DNA of 64,000 nt from an uncultured delta proteobacterium (GTDB lineage: Bacteria; Myxococcota_A; Polyangia; Polyangiales; B10-G4): contig CAVSGI010000006.1 of NCBI GenBank assembly GCA_963727445.1, positions 640,001-704,000 of the forward strand, in the 5' to 3' direction. This document shows positions 36,986-49,368 of the stretch, one piece after another. How positions within the stretch are numbered: position 1 is the first letter of the stretch; each line of letters opens with the position of its first letter. The notes below the pieces were generated by a model. The model did not search any database. It saw nothing but the letters and a program-made list of their open reading frames with translations, and was not told the origin of the DNA. The position numbers were made by a program, and so were the translations under genes.

Positions 36986-37620
36986 TGCGCGGGCTCACCT
37001 GGCTCGCGCTCGTCTGCCTGGCCGCCTGCGGCGGAGGGGAGGCTTCGCGCGGAGGTGGAGCGGGCGGCGGTCACGTCGACGAGGGTGACCCCATGGCGAC
37101 GCCGTCCCTGGTGAGCCTTCCGTCCCTCGACGTGCCGCGCGACCAGCTCACCGACAAGATGCGCTTCGGCTGGGAGCTGGCCGACGAGAGCTTCGAGGCC
37201 GAGCGGCCACCGGCGCCGCCGTCGGGTGAGACCGCCGACTACCAAGCGTGGTCCGACGGCCCCCTCGCGCAGTGGCTCGAGCACAAGTCCCGGGCCGTGG
37301 AGGGTGCCCGGGCCGAGCTCGACGAGGCGGCAGAGGAGAGCCTTCGTCAGCGCATCATCGCCGGCGCGATCGTCGGGCTCATGTACGAGTCGGTCGGCCG
37401 GGAGCTCATGCGCTTGCCGGTGCCAGCCGAAATCCAGAACGACCAGGAGATCGCGGATGTCTTCCGCTCGGTCCTCGCCTCCCAGGCGCGGCCCTTCCTC
37501 GCCCACGCGCGACGGGCATACGACGCCTGCCGCCAGAACGCAGCCGGAGGGCCAGAGGGAATGCGTCATTGGTCGGAGTACTGCGCTGCCCGCATCGACT
37601 ACCTCCCCGACGCCGACTGA
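36985..37620 (+). CDS. Putative lipoprotein
   Basis: MRGLTWLALVCLAAC lipobox; TGATG coupling to the SMI1 gene. Confidence 0.75.
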   Translation: MRGLTWLALVCLAACGGGEASRGGGAGGGHVDEGDPMATPSLVSLPSLDVPRDQLTDKMRFGWELADESFEAERPPAPPSGETADYQAWSDGPLAQWLEHKSRAVEGARAELDEAAEESLRQRIIAGAIVGLMYESVGRELMRLPVPAEIQNDQEIADVFRSVLASQARPFLAHARRAYDACRQNAAGGPEGMRHWSEYCAARIDYLPDAD

Positions 37621-37638
37621 CGGGTGGGAAGCGGTCGC

Positions 37639-37681
37639 CGCACGATTTGCATCAGCCGAATTCCATGACGCACGTTTTGCG
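37639..37681. promoter_or_regulatory. Tandem candidate enhancer (EBP) sites
   Basis: CGCAcgattTGCA (37639) and CGCAcgtttTGCG (37669), 30 bp apart, upstream of a sigma54 promoter. Confidence 0.6.
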
Positions 37682-37722
37682 AGCCCAGAGTGTGGGAGCC
37701 CTGAGATCATTGTGGATTCGGG

Positions 37723-37737
37723 TGGCCCAGCCTGTGC
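37723..37737 (+). promoter_or_regulatory. sigma54 promoter
   Basis: TGGCCCAGCCTGTGC, GG-N10-GC. Confidence 0.55.
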
Positions 37738-37751
37738 TTTGGCGATGGGTC

Positions 37752-38576
37752 ATGCCAAACACGCACAAGCAACAGGATCATCTCGCGCGGTACTTCCAAA
37801 TGGCCGAGAGGGCGCCGTTGCTCGAGGCGCAGGAGGAGCGTCGGCTCATCGAGAGCTTCCAAAAGGGGTCGGAGGCGGCCCTCAGCAAGCTGCTCGCTTC
37901 CCACCTGAGGCTGGTCCTCTCGATCGCGAAGCGATACGCGAATCGCGGCGCCCAGATGGAGGACCTCGTGGGCGAGGGCAACCTCGGCCTGATGGAGGCG
38001 GCGCGCCGCTTCGACGTCGGCCGGGACAACCGGTTCAGCACCTACGCGTCCTGGTGGGTGCGGGCGCGGGTGCGCCGTTACGCCCTCGCCAACCGGCGGA
38101 TTGTGGGCGCGCCCTCGACGCGCAACGCGCGCAAGGTGCTCGCGGGCCTGCGCAAGGCGCAGCGCGAGTTCACCCAGGAGGAGGGCAGGGCGCCCAGCCG
38201 GCTCGAGATGGCCGATCAGCTCTCCGTCGAAGAGAAGGACGTGGCGATGGTCGAGGCCTCGCTCTCCGGCCGTGACGTCGCCCTCGGCGCGTCGCCCGAC
38301 GGCACCAGCTTCGAGCTTCGAGACGAGGCACCGTCGCCCGAGCAGCTCGCCGAAGCGCATCAGCTCTCCGAGGAGCGTCGCCGCCGCATCGCCGAAGCGT
38401 TGGCACAACTCTCCGCGCGTGAGCAGGAGATCCTGAGGCGCCGCTACCTCGGTGACGAGACCGTGACCCTCGCCGTGCTCGGCGCCTCCCTCGGGCTCAG
38501 CCGCGAGCGCGTGCGGCAGATCGAGAAGCGTGCCCAGAGGAAGCTGCGAGGCGTGATCCCCCAATGCGTCGCGTGA
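37752..38576 (+). CDS. RpoH-like sigma70-family factor
   Basis: LLASHLRLVLSIAKRY, DLVGEGNLGLMEAARRFD, RFSTYASWWVRA, LGLSRERVRQIE. Confidence 0.92.
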   Translation: MPNTHKQQDHLARYFQMAERAPLLEAQEERRLIESFQKGSEAALSKLLASHLRLVLSIAKRYANRGAQMEDLVGEGNLGLMEAARRFDVGRDNRFSTYASWWVRARVRRYALANRRIVGAPSTRNARKVLAGLRKAQREFTQEEGRAPSRLEMADQLSVEEKDVAMVEASLSGRDVALGASPDGTSFELRDEAPSPEQLAEAHQLSEERRRRIAEALAQLSAREQEILRRRYLGDETVTLAVLGASLGLSRERVRQIEKRAQRKLRGVIPQCVA

Positions 38577-38587
38577 GGTAGGTAGCC

Positions 38588-39427
38588 ATGACCGAAATCC
38601 GACATTTGATGACCCCGTCGCCGTACTCGGTGGGGGCGGAGCAGCCAGTCGCCGAGGCGGCGCGGCGCATGCGGGCTCATCACATTCGGCATCTGCCGGT
38701 GCTGCGCGGGGGACGCCTCGAAGGGCTGATCTCGGAACGCGACATCGCCCTGGTCTCCGCGCTTTCGATGGACACCGAGGAGCTCACCGTGGAAGAGGCG
38801 ATGAGCCCCGCGCCCTTCGCCGTCTCTCCCGACACGGACGTCGCCGAAGTGGTCAAGCGCATGGGCGAGCAGAAGCTCGGGAGCGTGGTCGTGGTCGATG
38901 GCAACGACGTCGTCGGGATCGTGACCACCACCGACTGCCTGGCGCTGCTCTGGGAACGGCTGTCCAAGGAAGACATCGTCGACCTCGCGCCCTCCGCCGT
39001 TCGCCAGCGCATCCTCGGCGAGCACGTGGTCCTCGCCGAGATGATGGACCGCCTCGAGTCGTTGGCGAAGAGGGTCCACGACGGTGACCGGGAGGTGGTG
39101 GAGGAGCTGCGGCGTGGGGTGCGTGGGCTCTACGAGCGCCTCCGTCGTCACATCGATCTCGAGGATCGCATCCTCGCGCCAGCGCTGCGCGCGACCGCTG
39201 GCTTCGGCAAGATTCGCGAGGAGCAGCTGGTCTCGCATCACGACGAGCAACGTCGCTCCATCGAGGCCCATCTCGCCGTCCTGGACGAGATCAAGGGTCC
39301 GGCCCTGTCGGCGCAGATCCAGGAGTTCATCGCCGAGGTGCGGGCCGACATGAAGCACGAGGACGCGGATTTTCTGAAGCCCGAGCTCCTCAAGGACGAC
39401 TTGATTCAGGTGGAGTTTGCGGGATGA
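38588..39427 (+). CDS. CBS-pair plus hemerythrin (HHE) domain protein
   Basis: IRHLPV..LEGLISERDI and VGIVTTTD CBS motifs; GEH, RHIDLED..L and HH hemerythrin-like motifs. Confidence 0.82.
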   Translation: MTEIRHLMTPSPYSVGAEQPVAEAARRMRAHHIRHLPVLRGGRLEGLISERDIALVSALSMDTEELTVEEAMSPAPFAVSPDTDVAEVVKRMGEQKLGSVVVVDGNDVVGIVTTTDCLALLWERLSKEDIVDLAPSAVRQRILGEHVVLAEMMDRLESLAKRVHDGDREVVEELRRGVRGLYERLRRHIDLEDRILAPALRATAGFGKIREEQLVSHHDEQRRSIEAHLAVLDEIKGPALSAQIQEFIAEVRADMKHEDADFLKPELLKDDLIQVEFAG

Positions 39428-40821
39428 CGGAATCGGGCCGAGTGCTGGTCGTCGACGACGAGGCGAACGCGCGAGAGGCGCTCGCGGAGATCCTCAAGGA
39501 CGAAGGCTACGAGACGCGTGCGGCGTCCGACGGGAAGAAGGCGCTCGCGCTCTTGTCGAGCTTCGATCCTCACGTCGTGGTCACGGACCTGAAGATGCCG
39601 GTGCTGGACGGGATCGGGCTCCTGGAGCAGGCCCGCCCCAAGGCGAACGGAACCGTCTTCCTGGTCATGACCGCTTTCGGGAGCATCGAGACCGCGGTCG
39701 AGGCCATCAAGAAGGGCGCAGACAACTACCTGACCAAGCCGCTCGACCTCGAGGCGCTCAGCGTTCTGGTCGCCCGCGCTCTCGAGACAGCGAAGCTCCG
39801 GCGAGAGGCCCACGACCTGCGCGAGCAGCTCCACGAGCGCTTCTCTTTCGGAAACGTCATCGGCAGTCACCCCGCCATGCAGCGGGTGATGAAGATGGTG
39901 GCGCAGGTCGCCAAGAGCCGCGCCACCGTGCTGATCCAGGGAGAGTCCGGCACGGGCAAGGAGCTCATCGCCGCGGCTATCCATCACAACTCACCGCGCA
40001 AGGACAAGCCCTTCGTCCGGCTCAACTGCGCTGCGCTGGCCGAGACCCTGCTCGAGTCGGAGCTCTTCGGGCACGAACGTGGGGCCTTCACGGGGGCGAC
40101 CGGGCGTCGCGACGGGCGCTTCTCCCAGGCGGACGGCGGGACGCTCTTCCTGGACGAGGTGAGCGAGATCTCGCCTGGGGTGCAGGTGAAGCTGCTCCGC
40201 TTCCTGCAGGAGCGGGAGTTCGAGCGCGTGGGCGGCAACGAGACGCTCGAGGTGGACGTGCGAGTCGTCGCGGCGACCAACCAGTCGCTGCCCGCGCTGG
40301 TGCAGCAGGGGAAGTTCCGCGAGGACCTCTACTACCGGCTGAACGTCGTCCAGATCGACGTCCCCCCGCTCCGCGAACGTCGCAGTGACATCAGCCTGCT
40401 GGCCCATCACTTCCTCGATCGCTACGCGGAGGAGAACGAGCGGGAGATCGAAGGGTTCACCGACGAAGCCCTCCGCGCGATCGTGGCTCATCCGTGGCCA
40501 GGCAACGTCCGGGAGCTCGAGAACGCGATCGAGCGTGCGGTCGTGATGAGCGAGGGAACGCGCATCGGCCTCGACGACCTTCGCGGAGTGGCCACCGAAG
40601 TGACGCACGACAAGGGCCTGTTCGTCCCCGGGACCAAGTTCGCCGACCTCGAGAAGATGGCGATCTGCCAGACGCTCGAGGCCTGCAACGGTTCCACCAA
40701 AGACGCGGCGGAGATGCTCGGGATCAGCCGGCGCAAGATCCAGTACCGCCTCAAGGAGTGGGGCACCACCGCCGACGAGGTGGCTGCGGGGGCCTATACC
40801 GCTGACGTCGCGCTCGGCTGA
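39424..40821 (+). CDS. sigma54-dependent NtrC-family response regulator
   Basis: REC (VVDDE, TDLKMP, KP), GESGTGKE, ELFGHERGAFTGA, LFLDEV, WPGNVRELEN, C-terminal HTH. Confidence 0.96.
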   Translation: MTESGRVLVVDDEANAREALAEILKDEGYETRAASDGKKALALLSSFDPHVVVTDLKMPVLDGIGLLEQARPKANGTVFLVMTAFGSIETAVEAIKKGADNYLTKPLDLEALSVLVARALETAKLRREAHDLREQLHERFSFGNVIGSHPAMQRVMKMVAQVAKSRATVLIQGESGTGKELIAAAIHHNSPRKDKPFVRLNCAALAETLLESELFGHERGAFTGATGRRDGRFSQADGGTLFLDEVSEISPGVQVKLLRFLQEREFERVGGNETLEVDVRVVAATNQSLPALVQQGKFREDLYYRLNVVQIDVPPLRERRSDISLLAHHFLDRYAEENEREIEGFTDEALRAIVAHPWPGNVRELENAIERAVVMSEGTRIGLDDLRGVATEVTHDKGLFVPGTKFADLEKMAICQTLEACNGSTKDAAEMLGISRRKIQYRLKEWGTTADEVAAGAYTADVALG

Positions 40822-42056
40822 GCGGCCAGCGAGAAGGTGATCCGCGTTCCCTGGGCGGAGCTCTCGACCTTCACCTCGCCCCCGTGACGTTCGACGATGC
40901 GCTTGACGATGGACAGGCCGAGCCCGGTCCCGGCCTCCTTGGTGGTGACGAAGGGATCGAAGATGGTCTCGAGCACCTCCGGGGGGATACCAGGCCCGGT
41001 ATCGGCGACCCATATGTGCGTCTGATCGCCCGCCACCCTGCACCCGACCTCGACGCGCCCACCGCGTCCCCGCATCGACTCGACGGCGTTCGTCACCAGG
41101 TTCACCAGCACCTGCTTGATCTTCGAGCGGTCGGCGTCGACCACGGTGTCGTCGCAGAAGCCGATGGCCAGCACGACGTCCTCCTCGTCAGCCACGGGCT
41201 TTTCGAGCTCGACGACCTCCTCGACCAGGGGCAGGAGCGCGAAAGGCTCGCGCTCGATCCTCCGCTGGCGCGCGAGCGCCAGGAAGTCGTCCAGCATCTC
41301 GGAGAGCCGGGATAGCTCGTCGTTGACCAGGCCGACCCGATCGCGAATGCGCTCCGCCGTCTCCGTCGGCTCGACCTTCGACGCGGCCCGACCGATGAGC
41401 TCGAGCTGCAGCTTGGCGGCGTTCAGCGGGTTGCGCACCTCGTGGGCGAGCCCGGCGGTGAGGGTGCCGATGGTCGCGAGGGTTTCGTGGTGTGCAGCCA
41501 CCCTGGCCAGCTCCGCCTTCTCGTTCTGGATCTGGGCCAGGTCGTTGGTGAGGGCGCGCCGTTCGGAGCGCAGGCCGCTGGTATAGGCGTCGCGATACGA
41601 CTCGAGCATGATGGCCAGCTCGAGGTCGCAGATGCGATCGATGGAGGCGCACACGCGCTCGGACTCGTTCTTCGGGGCGATGGCGCCGGCGGCGTCTTTG
41701 AGGCCGCGCCGGATGAGATTCATCGCGGCGAACATGTAGCGCTGTTCGAGTCCGATGCGGACGTGGACCCGGCCGATCCGCGCGCGGCGGTGCAGATACT
41801 CCGAGTCGTAGACCCCGGAGAAGAGACCTCCGAGCCAGGTCGAGAGGCTCTTCTTGAGGCGCTCGATCTGCGCTTCGCTCTCGAGAACCGCCGATGCACC
41901 GGGGCTCTTCGCCACCGCCACGTAGAACTCGTCGATGATGGAGGGGAAATACGGCGCGACCAGGGGGTGCGCCGCCTTCAGGCGCGCCGCGTCCTCGGAG
42001 CTGAGGCCGATGTACTCGGCGACTTCTTCGAGGATCGACTTCATTGGGCCCGCCAT
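40794..42056 (-). CDS. Protoglobin/globin-coupled sensor histidine kinase
   Basis: IIDEFY and RIGRVHVRIGL..RYM globin-sensor motifs; HEVRNPL, NLVTNA, DTGPG, GTGLGL. Confidence 0.92.
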   Translation of the reverse strand: MAGPMKSILEEVAEYIGLSSEDAARLKAAHPLVAPYFPSIIDEFYVAVAKSPGASAVLESEAQIERLKKSLSTWLGGLFSGVYDSEYLHRRARIGRVHVRIGLEQRYMFAAMNLIRRGLKDAAGAIAPKNESERVCASIDRICDLELAIMLESYRDAYTSGLRSERRALTNDLAQIQNEKAELARVAAHHETLATIGTLTAGLAHEVRNPLNAAKLQLELIGRAASKVEPTETAERIRDRVGLVNDELSRLSEMLDDFLALARQRRIEREPFALLPLVEEVVELEKPVADEEDVVLAIGFCDDTVVDADRSKIKQVLVNLVTNAVESMRGRGGRVEVGCRVAGDQTHIWVADTGPGIPPEVLETIFDPFVTTKEAGTGLGLSIVKRIVERHGGEVKVESSAQGTRITFSLAAQPSATSAV

Positions 42057-42063
42057 GTGACGC

Positions 42064-43443
42064 CTAGGGAACGGTGAGCACGGGAATCGTCGCCTCTCGG
42101 ACGACCTTTTCGGCGACGCTGCCGAGGAGGAGGCGCTCGACTCCGGCGCGTCCGGTGGTGCCGACGATCAGGAGGTCGGCATGATGGGCGCGGGCACGGC
42201 GAACAATCTGGTCGACCGGCCGGCCGACCGCCAGCTCCGTCTCCACCGAGCCTGCACCTTCGCCGAAGACGTCGGCGACGAGAGTTCGGAGCGCTTCCTC
42301 GAGCTGGGCCTTCGCGCCCTCGGGGAGGGCGGAGGCGCGGGGCGCGTCGAGGCCGCGTCCGACGATGCCGCGGCGAACGTCCCCGGGGTCGTCGAAGACG
42401 TGAACCACCCAGACCTTCGCGCCGAGCGACCGCCCGAGCTCGCGTGCTGTTTCGAGGGCCCGGTGCGCCGGCTCGCTGAAGTCAGTCGCGACGACGATTC
42501 GGCTCGGACCGATGCGCGCGGGCTCGGGAAGAACGGGTGGGTAGAGCGGAGACGTGGCGTGCGGCGCGTCGCGCACCACCAGCACCGGCCGCGTGGCGGT
42601 ACGCAGCATGGCCTCGGCGGTGCTGCCGAGGAAGAGGCGCGCGAGACCCGATCGCCCATGCGTTCCCACGACGATCACCGAAGCGTTCCAGTCCTCGGCT
42701 TCCTGGTTCAGAGCGTCCTGGGCGCGGGCGATGCTCTTGATCTGTGCGCTCTCGGCCGCTTCGCCGAGCTCGGTCGACACCAGCGCCCTCAGGTGCGCGG
42801 CGTCCTCCTTCATGGCCTGGTCGCGGAGGATCTCCTGCGGCGAGCGATCGATCTCGTCGTCCTCGCGGTTGAGCGGCGCCACCACCTGCACCACGCGGAT
42901 CGCGTCGCCGTCCATCGCGAGTGCCCGCGTCGCGCGCAGCGCACGAACGCTGTGGCTCGACAGGTCGGCGCCCACCAGCCACCGCGCGCCCTCGAGGTCG
43001 ATGGGCCCGCCCCCGGGTGCCACGAAGATCGGGCACGGCGCGCGCCGACAGACCTGATCGATGGTCCGTGCCAGGAGCGTCTTGTCCTCGTGGCGCCGGC
43101 CGAGGACGATCAGGGTCGGCTTCGATTCCTGCGCTTCGTGGAGGATGGCGTCCGCGGGGGTCGCCCCTTCGATGAGCTTCGCCTCCACCGCACAGCCGGC
43201 TGCCGAGAGGCGCGCGCGGGTGGCCTCGAGCTTCTTCTCGGCTTCCGCTCGCCGGTCCGAGAGTCGGTGCTCGAGCTCCTCGATCGCTGGGGCGACCGAC
43301 GCCGGCGCGTCCACGTGGGCTGTGGGATCACAGGCGTGGACCAGGAGCATTTTGGCGTTCAGGGCACGACAGGCCGCGGCCCCGAGATCGGGCGCGGCGT
43401 CGTCCTCGAGGTCTGTGGCGCAGAGCAAGAGCTTGTCGGTCAT
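42064..43443 (-). CDS. Universal stress protein, three USP domains
   Basis: LCATD, VGADLS and VATDFS starts; GTHGRSG...LGSTAE and GTTGR...LGSVAEKVVR..PVLTV. Confidence 0.9.
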   Translation of the reverse strand: MTDKLLLCATDLEDDAAPDLGAAACRALNAKMLLVHACDPTAHVDAPASVAPAIEELEHRLSDRRAEAEKKLEATRARLSAAGCAVEAKLIEGATPADAILHEAQESKPTLIVLGRRHEDKTLLARTIDQVCRRAPCPIFVAPGGGPIDLEGARWLVGADLSSHSVRALRATRALAMDGDAIRVVQVVAPLNREDDEIDRSPQEILRDQAMKEDAAHLRALVSTELGEAAESAQIKSIARAQDALNQEAEDWNASVIVVGTHGRSGLARLFLGSTAEAMLRTATRPVLVVRDAPHATSPLYPPVLPEPARIGPSRIVVATDFSEPAHRALETARELGRSLGAKVWVVHVFDDPGDVRRGIVGRGLDAPRASALPEGAKAQLEEALRTLVADVFGEGAGSVETELAVGRPVDQIVRRARAHHADLLIVGTTGRAGVERLLLGSVAEKVVREATIPVLTVP

Positions 43444-43470
43444 TCGGGTCTCCAGCGCTTCAGCAGTGGT

Positions 43471-43485
43471 GCGATCGTCGTGCCA
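43471..43485 (-). promoter_or_regulatory. sigma54 promoter of the USP-kinase operon
   Basis: Minus strand TGGCACGACGATCGC. Confidence 0.65.
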
Positions 43486-43569
43486 GCGTGAGGGAAGGCC
43501 TTTCTTTGGCGCGTCCCGTGCTTTATCAGGGCAGTGTATGGTGATTCCAGAGTCATCACTCGCCGGCGG

Positions 43570-43584
43570 GCGCAAATATTGCGT
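43570..43584. promoter_or_regulatory. Palindromic candidate EBP site
   Basis: GCGCAaatatTGCGT between divergent sigma54 promoters. Confidence 0.6.
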
Positions 43585-43597
43585 GCGACCGCGGCTG

Positions 43598-43612
43598 TGG
43601 CGCCAGGCCTGC
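43598..43612 (+). promoter_or_regulatory. Possible sigma54 promoter of the USP-CBS operon
   Basis: TGGCGCCAGGCCTGC; a second candidate TGGCGCGTCCCGTGC lies at 43507-43521. Confidence 0.45.
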
Positions 43613-43628
43613 GCAGATAGGAGCTGAC

Positions 43629-44072
43629 ATGCCCGAAATCAAGAAGATCCTGAGCCCGGTCGATTTTTCGGAGACCTCCGAAGCGGCGCTCCGCTATGCG
43701 ATCGATTTGGCGTCTCGCCTGGGTGCGAAGATCGAGGTCGTCCACGCCTTCTCACCACCGTCCTTCGCTTTGCCAGATGGCGCAATCATCGCCCAGCCTG
43801 GCTACCTCGCCGAGGTCAGCAACGAGCTGCAGAAGTCCCTGGACGAGCTCGTCCGTCGATACTCGGGGCGGGGGGTGCCTCTCGAAGGCAAGCTCGTCGA
43901 AGGGATCCCGGCAGCGGAGATCACGCGTCTGGCCGAGGAGGACGAGGCCAGCCTGGTGGTCATGGGCACCCATGGTCGTACGGGGCTGAAGCACTTCCTC
44001 TTGGGGAGCGTGGCCGAACGGGTCGTGCGAACCTGCAAGGTTCCGGTGCTGACCGTTCCCAGCGCGGGGTGA
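43629..44072 (+). CDS. Universal stress protein
   Basis: KILSPVDFSE.S..AL..A, VMGTHGRTG...LGSVAERVVR...PVLTV. Confidence 0.95.
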   Translation: MPEIKKILSPVDFSETSEAALRYAIDLASRLGAKIEVVHAFSPPSFALPDGAIIAQPGYLAEVSNELQKSLDELVRRYSGRGVPLEGKLVEGIPAAEITRLAEEDEASLVVMGTHGRTGLKHFLLGSVAERVVRTCKVPVLTVPSAG

Positions 44073-44466
44073 GGAGCTGAGATGGCCGACAAACCACAGA
44101 AGGTCGCCGACATCATGACCCGAGAGGTCGTGACGGTTCGCGAAGAAGAAAACCTGGTGAAGGTTCTCGAGGGGCTCGACCGCTATGGCTTCCGCCACCT
44201 GCCGGTCGTGGACGGCAAGAAGCTGGTGGGTCTCGTGACGCACCGCGACATGCTCAAGGCCTCGATCAGCAGCCTGGTTCCGAGCGGCACCCGGGACGCC
44301 ATGGAGGCTCAGCTCGAAGAGAACGCCTTCGTCGCGAAGATCATGAGCCGTGACGTAGACACCGTGACGCCCGACACGCCCATCGCGGAGGCGGCGAGGC
44401 GGATGCGCGATCACAAGTTCGGCTGCTTGCCGGTGGTCGACGAAAACGAGGAGCTCGTCGGTATCC

Positions 44467-47295
<2,829 letters not shown>

Positions 47296-47319
47296 CGAAA
47301 CGGGCCGATGCTACCCCTC

Positions 47320-47613
47320 CTAGGGGAGCTTGCGGAAGTTGAGCTTGGCCAGGTCGAGGGCGTCGTCTTTGAGCAGAACCTCCTCGTCGATGGACTCGAC
47401 GTCCTCGGCGTTGATCATGGTGATCCGCCCGCCGGTGACCGCAGGCTCCGAGAGGCTTAGGCGCTCGAGAAGATCGCGGCTCGCTTCACATTTCAGCCCG
47501 GTGATCCGCAGAGTCCTGACGTCGACCTCCACGCCACGGACCTCACCGACGACCATCCCGTCTTTCGAGCGAATCTTCTTGTCGAGCAACTTCGATGCGT
47601 CGACCCTGGACAT
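47320..47613 (-). CDS. PRC-barrel domain protein
   Basis: [26 protein letters not shown] pattern. Confidence 0.7.
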   Translation of the reverse strand: MSRVDASKLLDKKIRSKDGMVVGEVRGVEVDVRTLRITGLKCEASRDLLERLSLSEPAVTGGRITMINAEDVESIDEEVLLKDDALDLAKLNFRKLP

Positions 47614-47721
47614 GCGCCACCCATCCTTTCAGGGGGAGAAATACGCGCCGCAGGCTCCCCTAGCAAGCCCCATAGGAACCGTAGCCAGCCAGTGCCACGG
47701 CGGAGGGGCGGGGGCCGCCGC

Positions 47722-48609
<888 letters not shown>

Positions 48610-48729
48610 AGGCGTCCTGTGACGGTGCTCGTCAGGTTATGAAGTAGATGACCATGAGTCAATACGATGCTTCCAATGACGACGGATCATTGCTGCGCAA
48701 TGATGGGGGATCTGGTAAGGAGATGTGGG

Positions 48730-49368
48730 ATGGCGGTCTTCCTCGCGGTCGCGGGCAACATCGGCTCCGGAAAGACGACGCTGACTCGCCGCCTCGTCGC
48801 GCGGCTCGGCTTCAAGGGCCTCTACGAGAGCACCGTCGACAATCCGTACCTCGCGGACTTCTACGAGGACATGAACCGCTTTGCGCTGCCCTTGCAGCTG
48901 CGCTTTCTGGCTCAACGCGTGCGTGACACGCGCGACGTCCAGGTCGCGGGGATCGCCGCGATCCAGGACCGGACGTGCTATGAGGACGCGGAGATCTTCG
49001 CCGCGAACCTCCACGGCCGAGGCGACATGGACGCGCGGGATTTCGGGACTTATGGGTTGGTGGCGGAGCAACTCCTTCGTGGCCTCGACCCGCCCGATCT
49101 CCTCGTCTACCTCCGGCGATCCACCGCCAGCTGTCGCGCCAACATTCGCGAGAGGGGACGCGACTACGAGCAGTCCATGCCCTCCGGCTACCTCGAGGAT
49201 CTCGGACTGAGGTACGACCGTTGGTTCGAGAGCTACGACGAGGGCCCGAAGATGCGCGTGGTCGCCGAAGAACACGACTTCCTCCACTCGGAGGACGATC
49301 TCGAGGCCCTGGTCGGTCGGATCCAAGAGTCGTTGCCGCAGCCCATGCTCCCCTTCGCCGAGGGCTGA
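48730..49368 (+). CDS. Deoxynucleoside kinase
   Basis: AGNIGSGKTT, NPYL.DFY.D, QDRT.YED, PDLLVYL, RGRDYEQ. Confidence 0.93.
   Translation: MAVFLAVAGNIGSGKTTLTRRLVARLGFKGLYESTVDNPYLADFYEDMNRFALPLQLRFLAQRVRDTRDVQVAGIAAIQDRTCYEDAEIFAANLHGRGDMDARDFGTYGLVAEQLLRGLDPPDLLVYLRRSTASCRANIRERGRDYEQSMPSGYLEDLGLRYDRWFESYDEGPKMRVVAEEHDFLHSEDDLEALVGRIQESLPQPMLPFAEG

Noticed and set aside
43541..43559. FNR/CRP box (gtgat...atcac)
   Set aside because: The 9-bp spacer fits neither FNR (N4) nor CRP (N6); left unassigned
47682..47698. sigma54 promoter for the PRC-barrel/ATPase genes (TGGCAC on the minus strand)
   Set aside because: GG-to-GC spacing is 9 rather than the required 10
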